Virus record (IMG/VR): IMGVR_UViG_2579778919_000008
DNA from: a virus
Lineage: Duplodnaviria; Heunggongvirae; Uroviricota; Caudoviricetes
Direction: 5' to 3' (one strand)
DNA length: 33,208 nucleotides
Part shown: positions 1 through 7,803 of the stretch, piece after piece
Layout: every line of letters begins with the position of its first letter
How positions within the stretch are numbered: the first letter of the stretch is position 1
Notes under the pieces: model-generated
Database searches by the model: none
Seen by the model: only the letters and a program-made list of their open reading frames with translations
Told to the model about the DNA's origin: nothing
Translations under genes and position numbers: made by a program

Positions 1-645
1 TTGACGAAGAGCTTCGCTGACATTAAAAATCTCAATCCACAAAAGGTTCGTTTAGAAAGAATCCAGCAAACAGCCAATGACACAGCAATTTTCTCACCCG
101 ACAAATCGAAATATATTTTCGTCGGGAATGATGGCTGGGGGGCATTTGTTCAGGGGGGCGGGAGACTGGCGTTATCAGTAGAGGGGGGAGGAACAGGGGC
201 CGGAACGCCAGAGAAGGCACGCGATAACTTGGGTATTACAACCCTGCTTGATGGCAAACAGACTAAAGATAATACCCTGACGAATCTCAGCGGAAAAACC
301 GTCAGTCAGCTACTGGATTATCTGGGCGTTGGATATACCTGTACAGGGGTTAACACTCCTGAAATGATTTACACCCTGCCGGGAGGGGTGAAAATACAGA
401 TTTTCACTCGTTCACTTGGGCATTCTCAGTCTGAAGGCGTGATAACCACTACTCCATTGACATTCCCCCAGGCGTTTCCAGGTGGCGTCTGGGGTGTATT
501 CGCATCGAAAAAAACATTCGTACAGGTTGCCACATCATGCGAAGTGTGGACCCGAACGGGATTTAACGCCATTACCGCGAAACTGGCAAATACATCGTCT
601 CCGGAAACAACATCAGAAACCGTATTTATCGCTATAGGATGGTAA
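1..645 (+). CDS. Alternative tail-fibre distal (receptor-binding) segment S'v, 5'-partial
   Basis: ORF open to the window edge; translation carries a GGTG...EKARDNLG tail-fibre shaft motif homologous to the S protein and ends in ...IAIGW; followed by a Tfa-type chaperone. Confidence 0.6.
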   Translation: MTKSFADIKNLNPQKVRLERIQQTANDTAIFSPDKSKYIFVGNDGWGAFVQGGGRLALSVEGGGTGAGTPEKARDNLGITTLLDGKQTKDNTLTNLSGKTVSQLLDYLGVGYTCTGVNTPEMIYTLPGGVKIQIFTRSLGHSQSEGVITTTPLTFPQAFPGGVWGVFASKKTFVQVATSCEVWTRTGFNAITAKLANTSSPETTSETVFIAIGW

Positions 646-1088
646 AAATGAATTACGCATTCAGCCCAACAGAAAATACTTTTTATTGTTACGACTGGAA
701 ATCTGATTTTGATGCTGCCGGAACATGGCCGGCAGATGCAGTTGATATCAGCGATGAGGTTTATCTTGAATATTCCGGGAATCCGCCAGTGGGTAAAACA
801 CGAGTTGCCGGAGATGACGGATTGCCCGAATGGGCAGATATTCCTCCTCTTACAAAAGAGGATTTAATTGCCGCCACCGAATACGAGCGCCAGCGACGAA
901 TAGATGTCGCCAACGATTTTATGAACAGCAAACAATGGCCCGGTAAGGCGGCAATTGGTCGGCTGAAAGGTGACGAACTGACGCAGTACAACTTGTGGCT
1001 GGATTATCTGGATGCACTGGAAGCGGTAGACACCTCCAGTGCGCCGGATATCAAATGGCCTACGCCTCCGGGAGAACAGGCCAGTTAA
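639..1088 (+). CDS. Tail fibre assembly chaperone U' (Tfa family)
   Basis: 149 aa; C-terminal region ...LTQYNLWLDYLDALEAVDTSSAPDIKWPTPP matches the conserved Tfa C-terminal pattern; start overlaps the S'v stop. Confidence 0.7.
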   Translation: MVKMNYAFSPTENTFYCYDWKSDFDAAGTWPADAVDISDEVYLEYSGNPPVGKTRVAGDDGLPEWADIPPLTKEDLIAATEYERQRRIDVANDFMNSKQWPGKAAIGRLKGDELTQYNLWLDYLDALEAVDTSSAPDIKWPTPPGEQAS

Positions 1089-1458
1089 CATGTTCAGGGT
1101 CGGTTGTCACGTCAGCCGACTTAACCTCATTTTTATAGGCCAGCCACGCCGACAATTTAGCCTTGTTGACGTCGCTGATTTCACCCAACATCAATTCCGT
1201 GCGCCAGTCCTGCATAACAGCGTCAGCATGGGCCAGTAGTTGCCGGCGCTCATTTTCAGCAGCCTGTATAAGCTCTTCACGTGATTTTTGTGGAAGTGGT
1301 GGTGGATTAAATGCTTTACCATCATATCGCCATCCAATGCTGACCATGCCATCCGTTAAAATAGCGATGCCTGCATCGGGCTTCCATGTGGATTTTCCAT
1401 CCCACACGACAACATTGATGACCATACCATCTTCAACAACTGCATAAATTTGTGTCAT
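1060..1458 (-). CDS. Tail fibre assembly chaperone U (Tfa family)
   Basis: Start taken at internal Met ([11 protein letters not shown]...), whose ATG overlaps the S stop codon as TAATG; C-terminus ...DWRTELMLGEISDVNKAKLSAWLAYKNEV...VNWPVLPEA is Tfa-like. The 3' end overlaps U' convergently. Confidence 0.7.
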   Translation of the reverse strand: MTQIYAVVEDGMVINVVVWDGKSTWKPDAGIAILTDGMVSIGWRYDGKAFNPPPLPQKSREELIQAAENERRQLLAHADAVMQDWRTELMLGEISDVNKAKLSAWLAYKNEVKSADVTTDPEHVNWPVLPEA

Positions 1459-2606
1459 TACGCGTACTCCCACACAATAACAATACCTGCCATACCTGCT
1501 CCGCCAGCGCGTTGTTGTGTTGCGCCGCCATACATGCACGCACCACTTCCGCCACCTCCAGGACCATTGGCATTGATTCCCTCGCCAACAATAGCCTGCG
1601 CACCTGCGCCAGCACCCAGCACTGAACTGCCTCCGGGACCGCCTATAGCTAAAGAACCGGAAATCCTGAAACCTGGTGAACTGTATCCACAACCGCTGCC
1701 GTAAATATTTGCGCCAGTGAAACCAGGCACGAAATATGACCCATAAGGCCCCACAATGCCTAGCGATGTACCCTCCGAGAGAAGGTTTCCTCCCAGCCCG
1801 CCCAGAGCAACAATATCTGCTCCGAATGAGGTAGCGCCGCCATGTTGGCCAACAGCCGCACTTGTACCAATACCACCCGCGCCGATAGTGACAGTGGTCG
1901 CTACAGGATTATCAACGCGCGCCTTGACATATTCACCTGACATCCCACCGCCGCCGCAAGCCGCATTACTGTTTGTTCCGACCTGGCATCCACCACCGGC
2001 CCCGCCGCCACCAACCATCTCGACAATTGAAAATGTCGTACCAGGTGTTGGGGTGTAGGTTCCTGACGTTTTGAAAACCTGGCATTTCACCAGGCGACCA
2101 GTGCCATCACCGAGTCCAAGGTTTTTAAGGGATTCAGCCTTGTTCCTGCCTCCTGTACCTCCGCGACTCACAGGAAGCGGAATAACCTCACCAGACTCGA
2201 CGACCTCCGCTCCCCATTGCCCGTTTTCACGGATTACCAGACAATTTTTTTTGACAGGATCGTATACAACCGTCTGCCCATTAGTGGTGGGATTGATGAT
2301 GTCGTATAAACGAAGATTTTCGAGAGCCGTTTTCACGGTGCCATCCGATTTGATATCGCCAAACGGATTTGAGCGACTCAGTAACAGCGCTTTTAATGCT
2401 GTTAATAACTGGTTTTGTTTAGAAGGATCAACATTAATACCGGCAGCGTTCAGGACAGTAATAAGCTCCGACTGCGCATCTCTGACAGCTCCCTGCACGT
2501 TATTCAGATGCTCAGCATCAACAATGGTCCCCAGCTCACCTGTGAGCGGATTACCATCATGGAAAAGATTATCCGGCGTCTGCACCGGTGGCATTAAGGG
2601 CCGCAT
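1458..2606 (-). CDS. Tail fibre protein S (constant N-terminus plus glycine-rich distal domain)
   Basis: 382 aa; position after baseplate genes; shaft motif [22 protein letters not shown]; long Gly-rich C-terminal half; immediately followed by a Tfa chaperone. Confidence 0.75.
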   Translation of the reverse strand: MRPLMPPVQTPDNLFHDGNPLTGELGTIVDAEHLNNVQGAVRDAQSELITVLNAAGINVDPSKQNQLLTALKALLLSRSNPFGDIKSDGTVKTALENLRLYDIINPTTNGQTVVYDPVKKNCLVIRENGQWGAEVVESGEVIPLPVSRGGTGGRNKAESLKNLGLGDGTGRLVKCQVFKTSGTYTPTPGTTFSIVEMVGGGGAGGGCQVGTNSNAACGGGGMSGEYVKARVDNPVATTVTIGAGGIGTSAAVGQHGGATSFGADIVALGGLGGNLLSEGTSLGIVGPYGSYFVPGFTGANIYGSGCGYSSPGFRISGSLAIGGPGGSSVLGAGAGAQAIVGEGINANGPGGGGSGACMYGGATQQRAGGAGMAGIVIVWEYA

Positions 2607-3178
2607 TATTCATTCTCCTGATATGCGAAGTAGCAAAATGTATGGGCTGGTTTGAGATCACGGAAGACGTCTTCAATAATCGGATCACCAAACGTTGTCA
2701 GGCGCTCACCTGCAGCTGAACTGCCTGAGCGAAAGCGATAGGATTGAGTTCCTGAGTTCTGAATATTGACGCGCCAGACCCAGATAATGTCTTCAACCCA
2801 GAGGCGATCACCGGCGCGGCCAACTCCCGCCCTGAAAGGTTGCGGTTCATCAATTGTGATGATGTAGCCAAGGTTGCTTGCCAACTGAGTAAAGTACGGA
2901 ATACTGAGACCACCGACTTCAGCCAGTTTAGCCAGTACACGCTGCTGGCGTTGCTGGTATGTCGCACCTTCAGCAGGAGTAAGGTCCAGGACGCGTTCCC
3001 AGTCATACAAAAGGCTGCGTGCATAAAATGGAGTAACTCCACCTTCAACAAGCCCTGCAGACGCATCGAGAGTCTCAAAAACACCTGATTCAGATCGCAA
3101 TGATGCATCAAGCAGAGGCTGGCCCGGGCTGTACGAAACAAGTGGCAGCAGACGATTTAACAGCGTGAAGTAGCTCAT
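2606..3178 (-). CDS. Baseplate/tail protein, Mu gp48-like (P2 gpI-like)
   Basis: 190 aa ORF between the baseplate J-like gene and the tail fibre gene, with start/stop overlaps to both neighbours; assignment by synteny and recollection. Confidence 0.6.
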   Translation of the reverse strand: MSYFTLLNRLLPLVSYSPGQPLLDASLRSESGVFETLDASAGLVEGGVTPFYARSLLYDWERVLDLTPAEGATYQQRQQRVLAKLAEVGGLSIPYFTQLASNLGYIITIDEPQPFRAGVGRAGDRLWVEDIIWVWRVNIQNSGTQSYRFRSGSSAAGERLTTFGDPIIEDVFRDLKPAHTFCYFAYQENE

Positions 3179-4242
3179 AGCAGCTCTACCTCAACGTTTC
3201 CTAATCTGAGCCATTCGACTTTCGTGGCATCGATTATCGGTTGAATATTTGCCGATGGTGTAACGATGTCATAGTCGGTAATACCCGGAATTAGAGAAAT
3301 CAATGTCCCCGCCTGGCTGCGAATAAAAGCCACTCCAGGCTCTCGGCGCGAGTCATCGTCCTCCAGCGTTCCGGCGACAGCCTGTTTGGCTGCTGCGAGG
3401 GTGATGCCCTCCAGTGATACCTTCACGAGGACGTCAAATGTACGGATGACAGGCATGAGCACCAGCGTGTTTTTTGCTGTAACAGGCCGGACATCGTCAA
3501 TGTGAGCCTGCACCCTGTCGATCACATCCTGAGATGGCAGCCCACCTGTAGACGTGATCACAACATCAACGGTACCCGGCCCCCGCCGCAAAGGGTAAAC
3601 ATATGCGGCGGATACGCCTGATACCTCAAGCGCCCAGCGTTTGTAATCATATTTATTGCCGCCTGCAGGAGGTCGGCGGATGATTTCAAGCAGACGAGCA
3701 AGCAGCTCTGCATCCGTTTCCTCATCTGTTCCGCCAGTCATCAGGCCTACTGTCACTGTGCTGTCAAACCCATCAGGTGTTGTGGTCAGTGTGGCCGATG
3801 TGACGGAAGTGGTGTTACCAGTGGTTCCGGCCAGAGAAGATACTGCGTTTACCGATGATTTTCCATCTGACCCGACAATAATATCTTCGGTTGTTGTCCA
3901 CGAAACACTGTCGCGTTTGAACACAAGACCGGCAGCGGCCACCGCTCCTGGTTCGCCGGTAAACGTGGCAGGCCCGGAGGCGCTATTGGCTGCTTTTTTG
4001 CTTAAACCACGTAAACGGGCGTGCAGATAGAGGAATTCCGAATCAGCAGTATCCGGAAAGATCTGACGGACTATCCATCCCTGATTCTGATAAAGCCCCT
4101 CGGCAACACTGGCTACACTCGATGCCCGGATGTACCAGTCGCTGTCCGGGCCCAGCGTATCATCTGACAACTGCAGGAGATTTTTGATATCCCGCAGAAT
4201 GTCAGTGCGTATTTGCGCGGCATTTTTGGTAATGAATGGCAT
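3175..4242 (-). CDS. Baseplate J-like protein (Mu gp47-like)
   Basis: 355 aa; position and size; N-terminus MPFITKNAAQIRTDILRDIK typical of baseplate J family by recollection. Confidence 0.7.
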   Translation of the reverse strand: MPFITKNAAQIRTDILRDIKNLLQLSDDTLGPDSDWYIRASSVASVAEGLYQNQGWIVRQIFPDTADSEFLYLHARLRGLSKKAANSASGPATFTGEPGAVAAAGLVFKRDSVSWTTTEDIIVGSDGKSSVNAVSSLAGTTGNTTSVTSATLTTTPDGFDSTVTVGLMTGGTDEETDAELLARLLEIIRRPPAGGNKYDYKRWALEVSGVSAAYVYPLRRGPGTVDVVITSTGGLPSQDVIDRVQAHIDDVRPVTAKNTLVLMPVIRTFDVLVKVSLEGITLAAAKQAVAGTLEDDDSRREPGVAFIRSQAGTLISLIPGITDYDIVTPSANIQPIIDATKVEWLRLGNVEVELL

Positions 4243-4592
4243 CAGCTGACCTTAACCGGATATTTCCAGGTCTGCGGCGTTCCGCTCGCAGACGTGACGG
4301 TGATATGAAGCAGCATCCAGCCTTTTTGCCAGTGCTCTGCAGTAACGGAAATGGACTGGGCGCGACCGTCGTCAATAATCGGTTGCAGGGCCTGCCGCGA
4401 ATACTGCACTGCGAGTTGTTGAACGCGAGACACATCCTTTTCGCGGCGGAGTGTATGCAAAAGAGAGCCCAGAGTTGGATCAGCCCACCATGAGCCAAGG
4501 GGCGTCATCAGCCGTAAGTAGACGGCATTCGCTAAAGAGTCTGAGCTGTCGCCGGTATAATCGCCGGTCGTTGGATCAATCAACATTTCCAT
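4242..4592 (-). CDS. Small baseplate protein (Mu gp46-like, gpW/gp25-type)
   Basis: 116 aa ORF preceding baseplate J; 1-nt stop/start overlap (TGATG) with the downstream gene; first gene after the only sizeable intergenic gap in the tail module. Confidence 0.6.
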   Translation of the reverse strand: MEMLIDPTTGDYTGDSSDSLANAVYLRLMTPLGSWWADPTLGSLLHTLRREKDVSRVQQLAVQYSRQALQPIIDDGRAQSISVTAEHWQKGWMLLHITVTSASGTPQTWKYPVKVS

Positions 4593-4627
4593 GCCGTAAT
4601 ACTACCGGCATGGAAATTTAAATTATC

Positions 4628-4645
4628 GGTGAAGGGGTTCAGTGG
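4628..4645 (-). promoter_or_regulatory. Copy of conserved 18-bp motif (plus strand GGTGAAGGGGTTCAGTGG), candidate late-promoter activator site upstream of the gp46-like gene
   Basis: Identical 18-mer also at 24630..24647 upstream of lys and 16/18 match at 16473..16490 upstream of I; on the transcribed strand it is followed directly by GATAAT. Confidence 0.45.
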
Positions 4646-4681
4646 GTATTGCTTTTGAAGGAGAACTTACGTTACCACAAA

Positions 4682-5287
4682 TTACATTTGCTGATTAGGT
4701 TTCTGCGTTGTGCCTGCATCACCGCCGTGGTCGTGGTCGTGACCGTCATAAGTTTCACGCATGGTGTTCAGCGTAGAATTGCCGTCAGCGACTTCATTAC
4801 TGCCTTTCAGCAATGGTGTATCAAAATCTGCCCGCTCTGAGGCTGTGGTTTTATACGTTTTGGTATTAACAATATGTTGTTCGGTATTCACCGTGTGCTT
4901 TTTAGTATTAACGATATATTCATCGCAGTTTACTTCAATTATTTTTCCGCGCTTCAGAATAATGTTGCTTCCTTCAGCCGAATAAATGGCAAGCTCACCA
5001 CTTTTCAGGCTCTTTAGCCTGTATGCAGCGTGTTCCGTGGCAATCACCACGCTATGACTGGTGCGCCCGTTAAGCGGGAGCACAATGGCTTTAGTCCCCC
5101 TGGGCGGGTTGGATGTAAAACCGTACTGCTGAAACATCTCCACATCCTGCAGAGACTCAGTGGCCAGACCTTTACCCTGAATGGTCTGAATATCACCGCC
5201 GCTGTTAACCCTTATTAAAACGCCCCTGAAGGCCTTTCTGATACGGTTTAACGCCGTGTTAATACGAGAGTCAATTTTGTTCCACAT
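4682..5287 (-). CDS. Baseplate central spike / assembly protein V-like (Mu gp45-like)
   Basis: 201 aa; position between P-like and gp46-like genes; C-terminal repeats (YIVNTKKHTVNTEQHIVNTKTY) and His/Asp-rich tip DGHDHDHGGD. Confidence 0.65.
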   Translation of the reverse strand: MWNKIDSRINTALNRIRKAFRGVLIRVNSGGDIQTIQGKGLATESLQDVEMFQQYGFTSNPPRGTKAIVLPLNGRTSHSVVIATEHAAYRLKSLKSGELAIYSAEGSNIILKRGKIIEVNCDEYIVNTKKHTVNTEQHIVNTKTYKTTASERADFDTPLLKGSNEVADGNSTLNTMRETYDGHDHDHGGDAGTTQKPNQQM

Positions 5288-6488
5288 CGATAATCTCCAG
5301 CTCTTTATTTACTTTGGCGCGACGCTTACGTGATTTGCGTTTTTTCGGATAAGCATCCGGTATCCATATTCCATCCTCTTTGAGCCGCAGGGTGGTAATG
5401 GTGTTGTCTGGACGACCACCTGAAAACTCTCTTCCCATGAGGAAGTAAATGTCATCAATGCCATGCGGCTCGCTTCGGACACGAATACGCTGGCCCGGTT
5501 GCCATAACTGACCGTTCTCCATGCGATGGCCTTTAACAATTACTGTCAGATCAAACCCGTTCAGACGGGCGTCAGCCATGGCCTTTCTCGCGCGATAATC
5601 AACCTGCGCCTGATTATCAGCATCACCAGCAACCATAATCTGCGGACGATAGAAAGGTACGGTACTGTCGCGAACGGTACTACGTAAGCCATGAAAGCCA
5701 TTCTCTGCAGAGCCGGTGCTGTCATAAATTGCGTCGGCATCATCATCGTCTTCAGCCTCAGCGCTCTGATCATCAACGTCAATAACTTCCAGTCTTCCTG
5801 ACTTTTTCCCCTGGCCGTGTCCCTGTGCCAGCATTGTCAGTTCAGAGAACGCACCGGTAATGGATGACCGGTCACTGAGATCGAGGACATTATTTCCCCG
5901 ACCGTCACGATTCAGAACAAGCGTGGCTACAGGGTCTTTTGTGTAATCCGGCCCTCCAATTACCAGCGTGCCATCTGGCTCAAACCATGGCCATAACCCG
6001 CGTGCAGCAGCTGCACGCTCAAGGGTATCCCACGCACGTTCTCCGGGCTCCACGCTGACCTTGTCATTACGCAGGGATGATTCAGCCTCGATGCGGATGT
6101 TCGTTATCCCCAGCGGTCTGACAACCTGGGCGATCACCTCTTCAAGACTGAGCTGGCGGGAGGTAAAAACGGGTGAAGCGCAGTCAACAAGCACGGCTGC
6201 ACCATCGCGACCGGAAAGAGATAAAGAAACCTGCTGACGGGATACCCGGCGCTGAACCACATCCACCCGACCGGACATGACAACATCATTACCCACCCTG
6301 ACCAGCACCGGCACACCACGTTTAATGGCCGGAGGGAAAATACCATCAGGCAGCCCAAGCGTTACGCTCCATGCATCGGCGGGGATTAGAAAGTCGGAGT
6401 CAATCTGATAGCGGCTCCATGCACTATGGATTTTGCCATCAATAACAAGGCTCACTGTATTCTGCGAATTTTTATCTTGAGTAGGCAT
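5271..6488 (-). CDS. Tail/baseplate protein P (Mu gp44-like, P2 gpD-like)
   Basis: 405 aa ORF between N-like and spike genes; overlapping start/stop with both neighbours. Confidence 0.65.
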   Translation of the reverse strand: MPTQDKNSQNTVSLVIDGKIHSAWSRYQIDSDFLIPADAWSVTLGLPDGIFPPAIKRGVPVLVRVGNDVVMSGRVDVVQRRVSRQQVSLSLSGRDGAAVLVDCASPVFTSRQLSLEEVIAQVVRPLGITNIRIEAESSLRNDKVSVEPGERAWDTLERAAAARGLWPWFEPDGTLVIGGPDYTKDPVATLVLNRDGRGNNVLDLSDRSSITGAFSELTMLAQGHGQGKKSGRLEVIDVDDQSAEAEDDDDADAIYDSTGSAENGFHGLRSTVRDSTVPFYRPQIMVAGDADNQAQVDYRARKAMADARLNGFDLTVIVKGHRMENGQLWQPGQRIRVRSEPHGIDDIYFLMGREFSGGRPDNTITTLRLKEDGIWIPDAYPKKRKSRKRRAKVNKELEIIDVEQN

Positions 6489-7803
6489 TCAGAACGTCAC
6501 CGGCTTTGATATTGTTAGGATTACGTAGTGTCGGATTGAGACGCAGCAACTCGGCGGCGCGCGTGTAGTCCTCATACCACAGGTGGGCCAGCAAATGCAG
6601 GTTAGTGTCGGACAATACCACTCGCGTAGTCAGTGGTGGTCTGCTGGTAATAACCGCTGCGCCCAGCTCCTGAACGGTCAGGGCGATATCCTTGAGACCT
6701 TCAACCACGGGTTGCCAGGTCACGCCACCAGGTGTTTCACCGGCACTCAGGTTTTGCGTATCAGCAGCAAAGGTGTCCCGCGTCTGGTCGATTGCCTCCT
6801 GAATGGCCGTCCTGGTGTCGTTGGTGATCTGCTCAATATCAACGGGAGACAGAATATCGCTGATGCTGCTGTCACTGAGTATGTCGGAAGCATCAAGTGC
6901 CAGCTGGATTGCAACCTGAGTTTTTACCGCCGTTACCAGCTCGGTAATATCCGAGGTTGATGAGCCTGCCGGAATGGCAACAGCAACCGTTTTTTGCCCG
7001 GTCACTATCTGCTGAGGTAATGCGGCCACATCCTGCAGATTGTTACGGCCATTCTTCCAGTCGGCCATCACGATGCCTGCTGTGCCGGAAACGTCTGAGG
7101 ACTGTGAATAGCTTCCTGGATTATTACTGACACTTGATTTGGACTGAAACGACGTCAGACTCAGCGCACTCTGCAGGTCATTCATGAACGATTTTGGGTA
7201 ATTAACAAAATCCGAGGTGGTACTGACAAATCCCGTCAGTTCCCCCTTAAGCACGGTCACCATATTCAGCGTCGTGGTTGCCAGCGATTTCGCTTTTTTC
7301 ATCCACTTTTTCGCTGTACGCAGAGGCGAGAGAATATTGTCGATGGCCGTCTGGGCTTTCTCCAGAGCGGATTGCGCCTGGTTGAAAACGATATCAGCTT
7401 TCGACAGCGGGAAATCGCTGCCAAAGAAAGGCAGATTAAGTCCCCCCTGGATAAAGACCACTTCGACAACGCAGTAATCAACGTTCTCCGCTTCATGCGA
7501 TGCCTGATACTCAATGCACTGCATGCCCGTCATGGAGCCGAAAACGGGATGAATTAATTCTGCGCTACCGCGAGTATCCAGTGCGGCCAGAAACGCCTGC
7601 AGCCGCACATCATAATCATCACCCCAGAAAAGGACTGTCATCCGCAGGTTACGAGGCTTGCGGCCAAGATCATCAACATCACCACCGTCGACATAGGGAT
7701 ACTCATACGTCGCAATGTCGCGACTGGCGCTGTCACGGGTATTAACCACATCAAAGCGGACGCCCCTGAATGAGGCATCCTGTAATGAATCTTCCCAGCT
7801 CAC
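6472..7803 (-). CDS. DNA circularisation protein N-like (Mu gp43-like)
   Basis: 443 aa immediately downstream of the tape measure gene with ATGA overlap; N-terminus MSWEDSLQDASFRGVRFDV consistent with Mu N family by recollection. Confidence 0.7.
   Translation of the reverse strand: MSWEDSLQDASFRGVRFDVVNTRDSASRDIATYEYPYVDGGDVDDLGRKPRNLRMTVLFWGDDYDVRLQAFLAALDTRGSAELIHPVFGSMTGMQCIEYQASHEAENVDYCVVEVVFIQGGLNLPFFGSDFPLSKADIVFNQAQSALEKAQTAIDNILSPLRTAKKWMKKAKSLATTTLNMVTVLKGELTGFVSTTSDFVNYPKSFMNDLQSALSLTSFQSKSSVSNNPGSYSQSSDVSGTAGIVMADWKNGRNNLQDVAALPQQIVTGQKTVAVAIPAGSSTSDITELVTAVKTQVAIQLALDASDILSDSSISDILSPVDIEQITNDTRTAIQEAIDQTRDTFAADTQNLSAGETPGGVTWQPVVEGLKDIALTVQELGAAVITSRPPLTTRVVLSDTNLHLLAHLWYEDYTRAAELLRLNPTLRNPNNIKAGDVLNAYSR

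Larger units (their letters stand above)
1..2450. other. G-segment-like invertible tail-fibre module (S variable part, U, U', S' variable part); left boundary outside window, right boundary not located
   Basis: Two tail-fibre distal domains and two Tfa-type chaperones arranged convergently (S,U on minus; U',S' on plus), with S' lacking its own 5' end inside the window, as in the Mu G and P1 C segments. Recombination sites not identified. Confidence 0.45.

Noticed and set aside
160-240. Apparent inverted repeat between S'v (160..240) and S (2070..2140)
   Set aside because: Similarity is at protein level only (conserved shaft motif); the nucleotide sequences are not inverted repeats, so this is divergent homology rather than a recombination site.
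2397-2422. Possible gix/hix-like crossover site near GGTTTTG in the 5' part of S
   Set aside because: The flanking half-sites do not form the expected imperfect palindrome; the true site could not be identified without the partner repeat outside the window.
2698-3141. 147-aa alternative-frame ORF inside the gp48-like gene
   Set aside because: Fully nested in a different frame of a syntenic baseplate gene, with no independent support.
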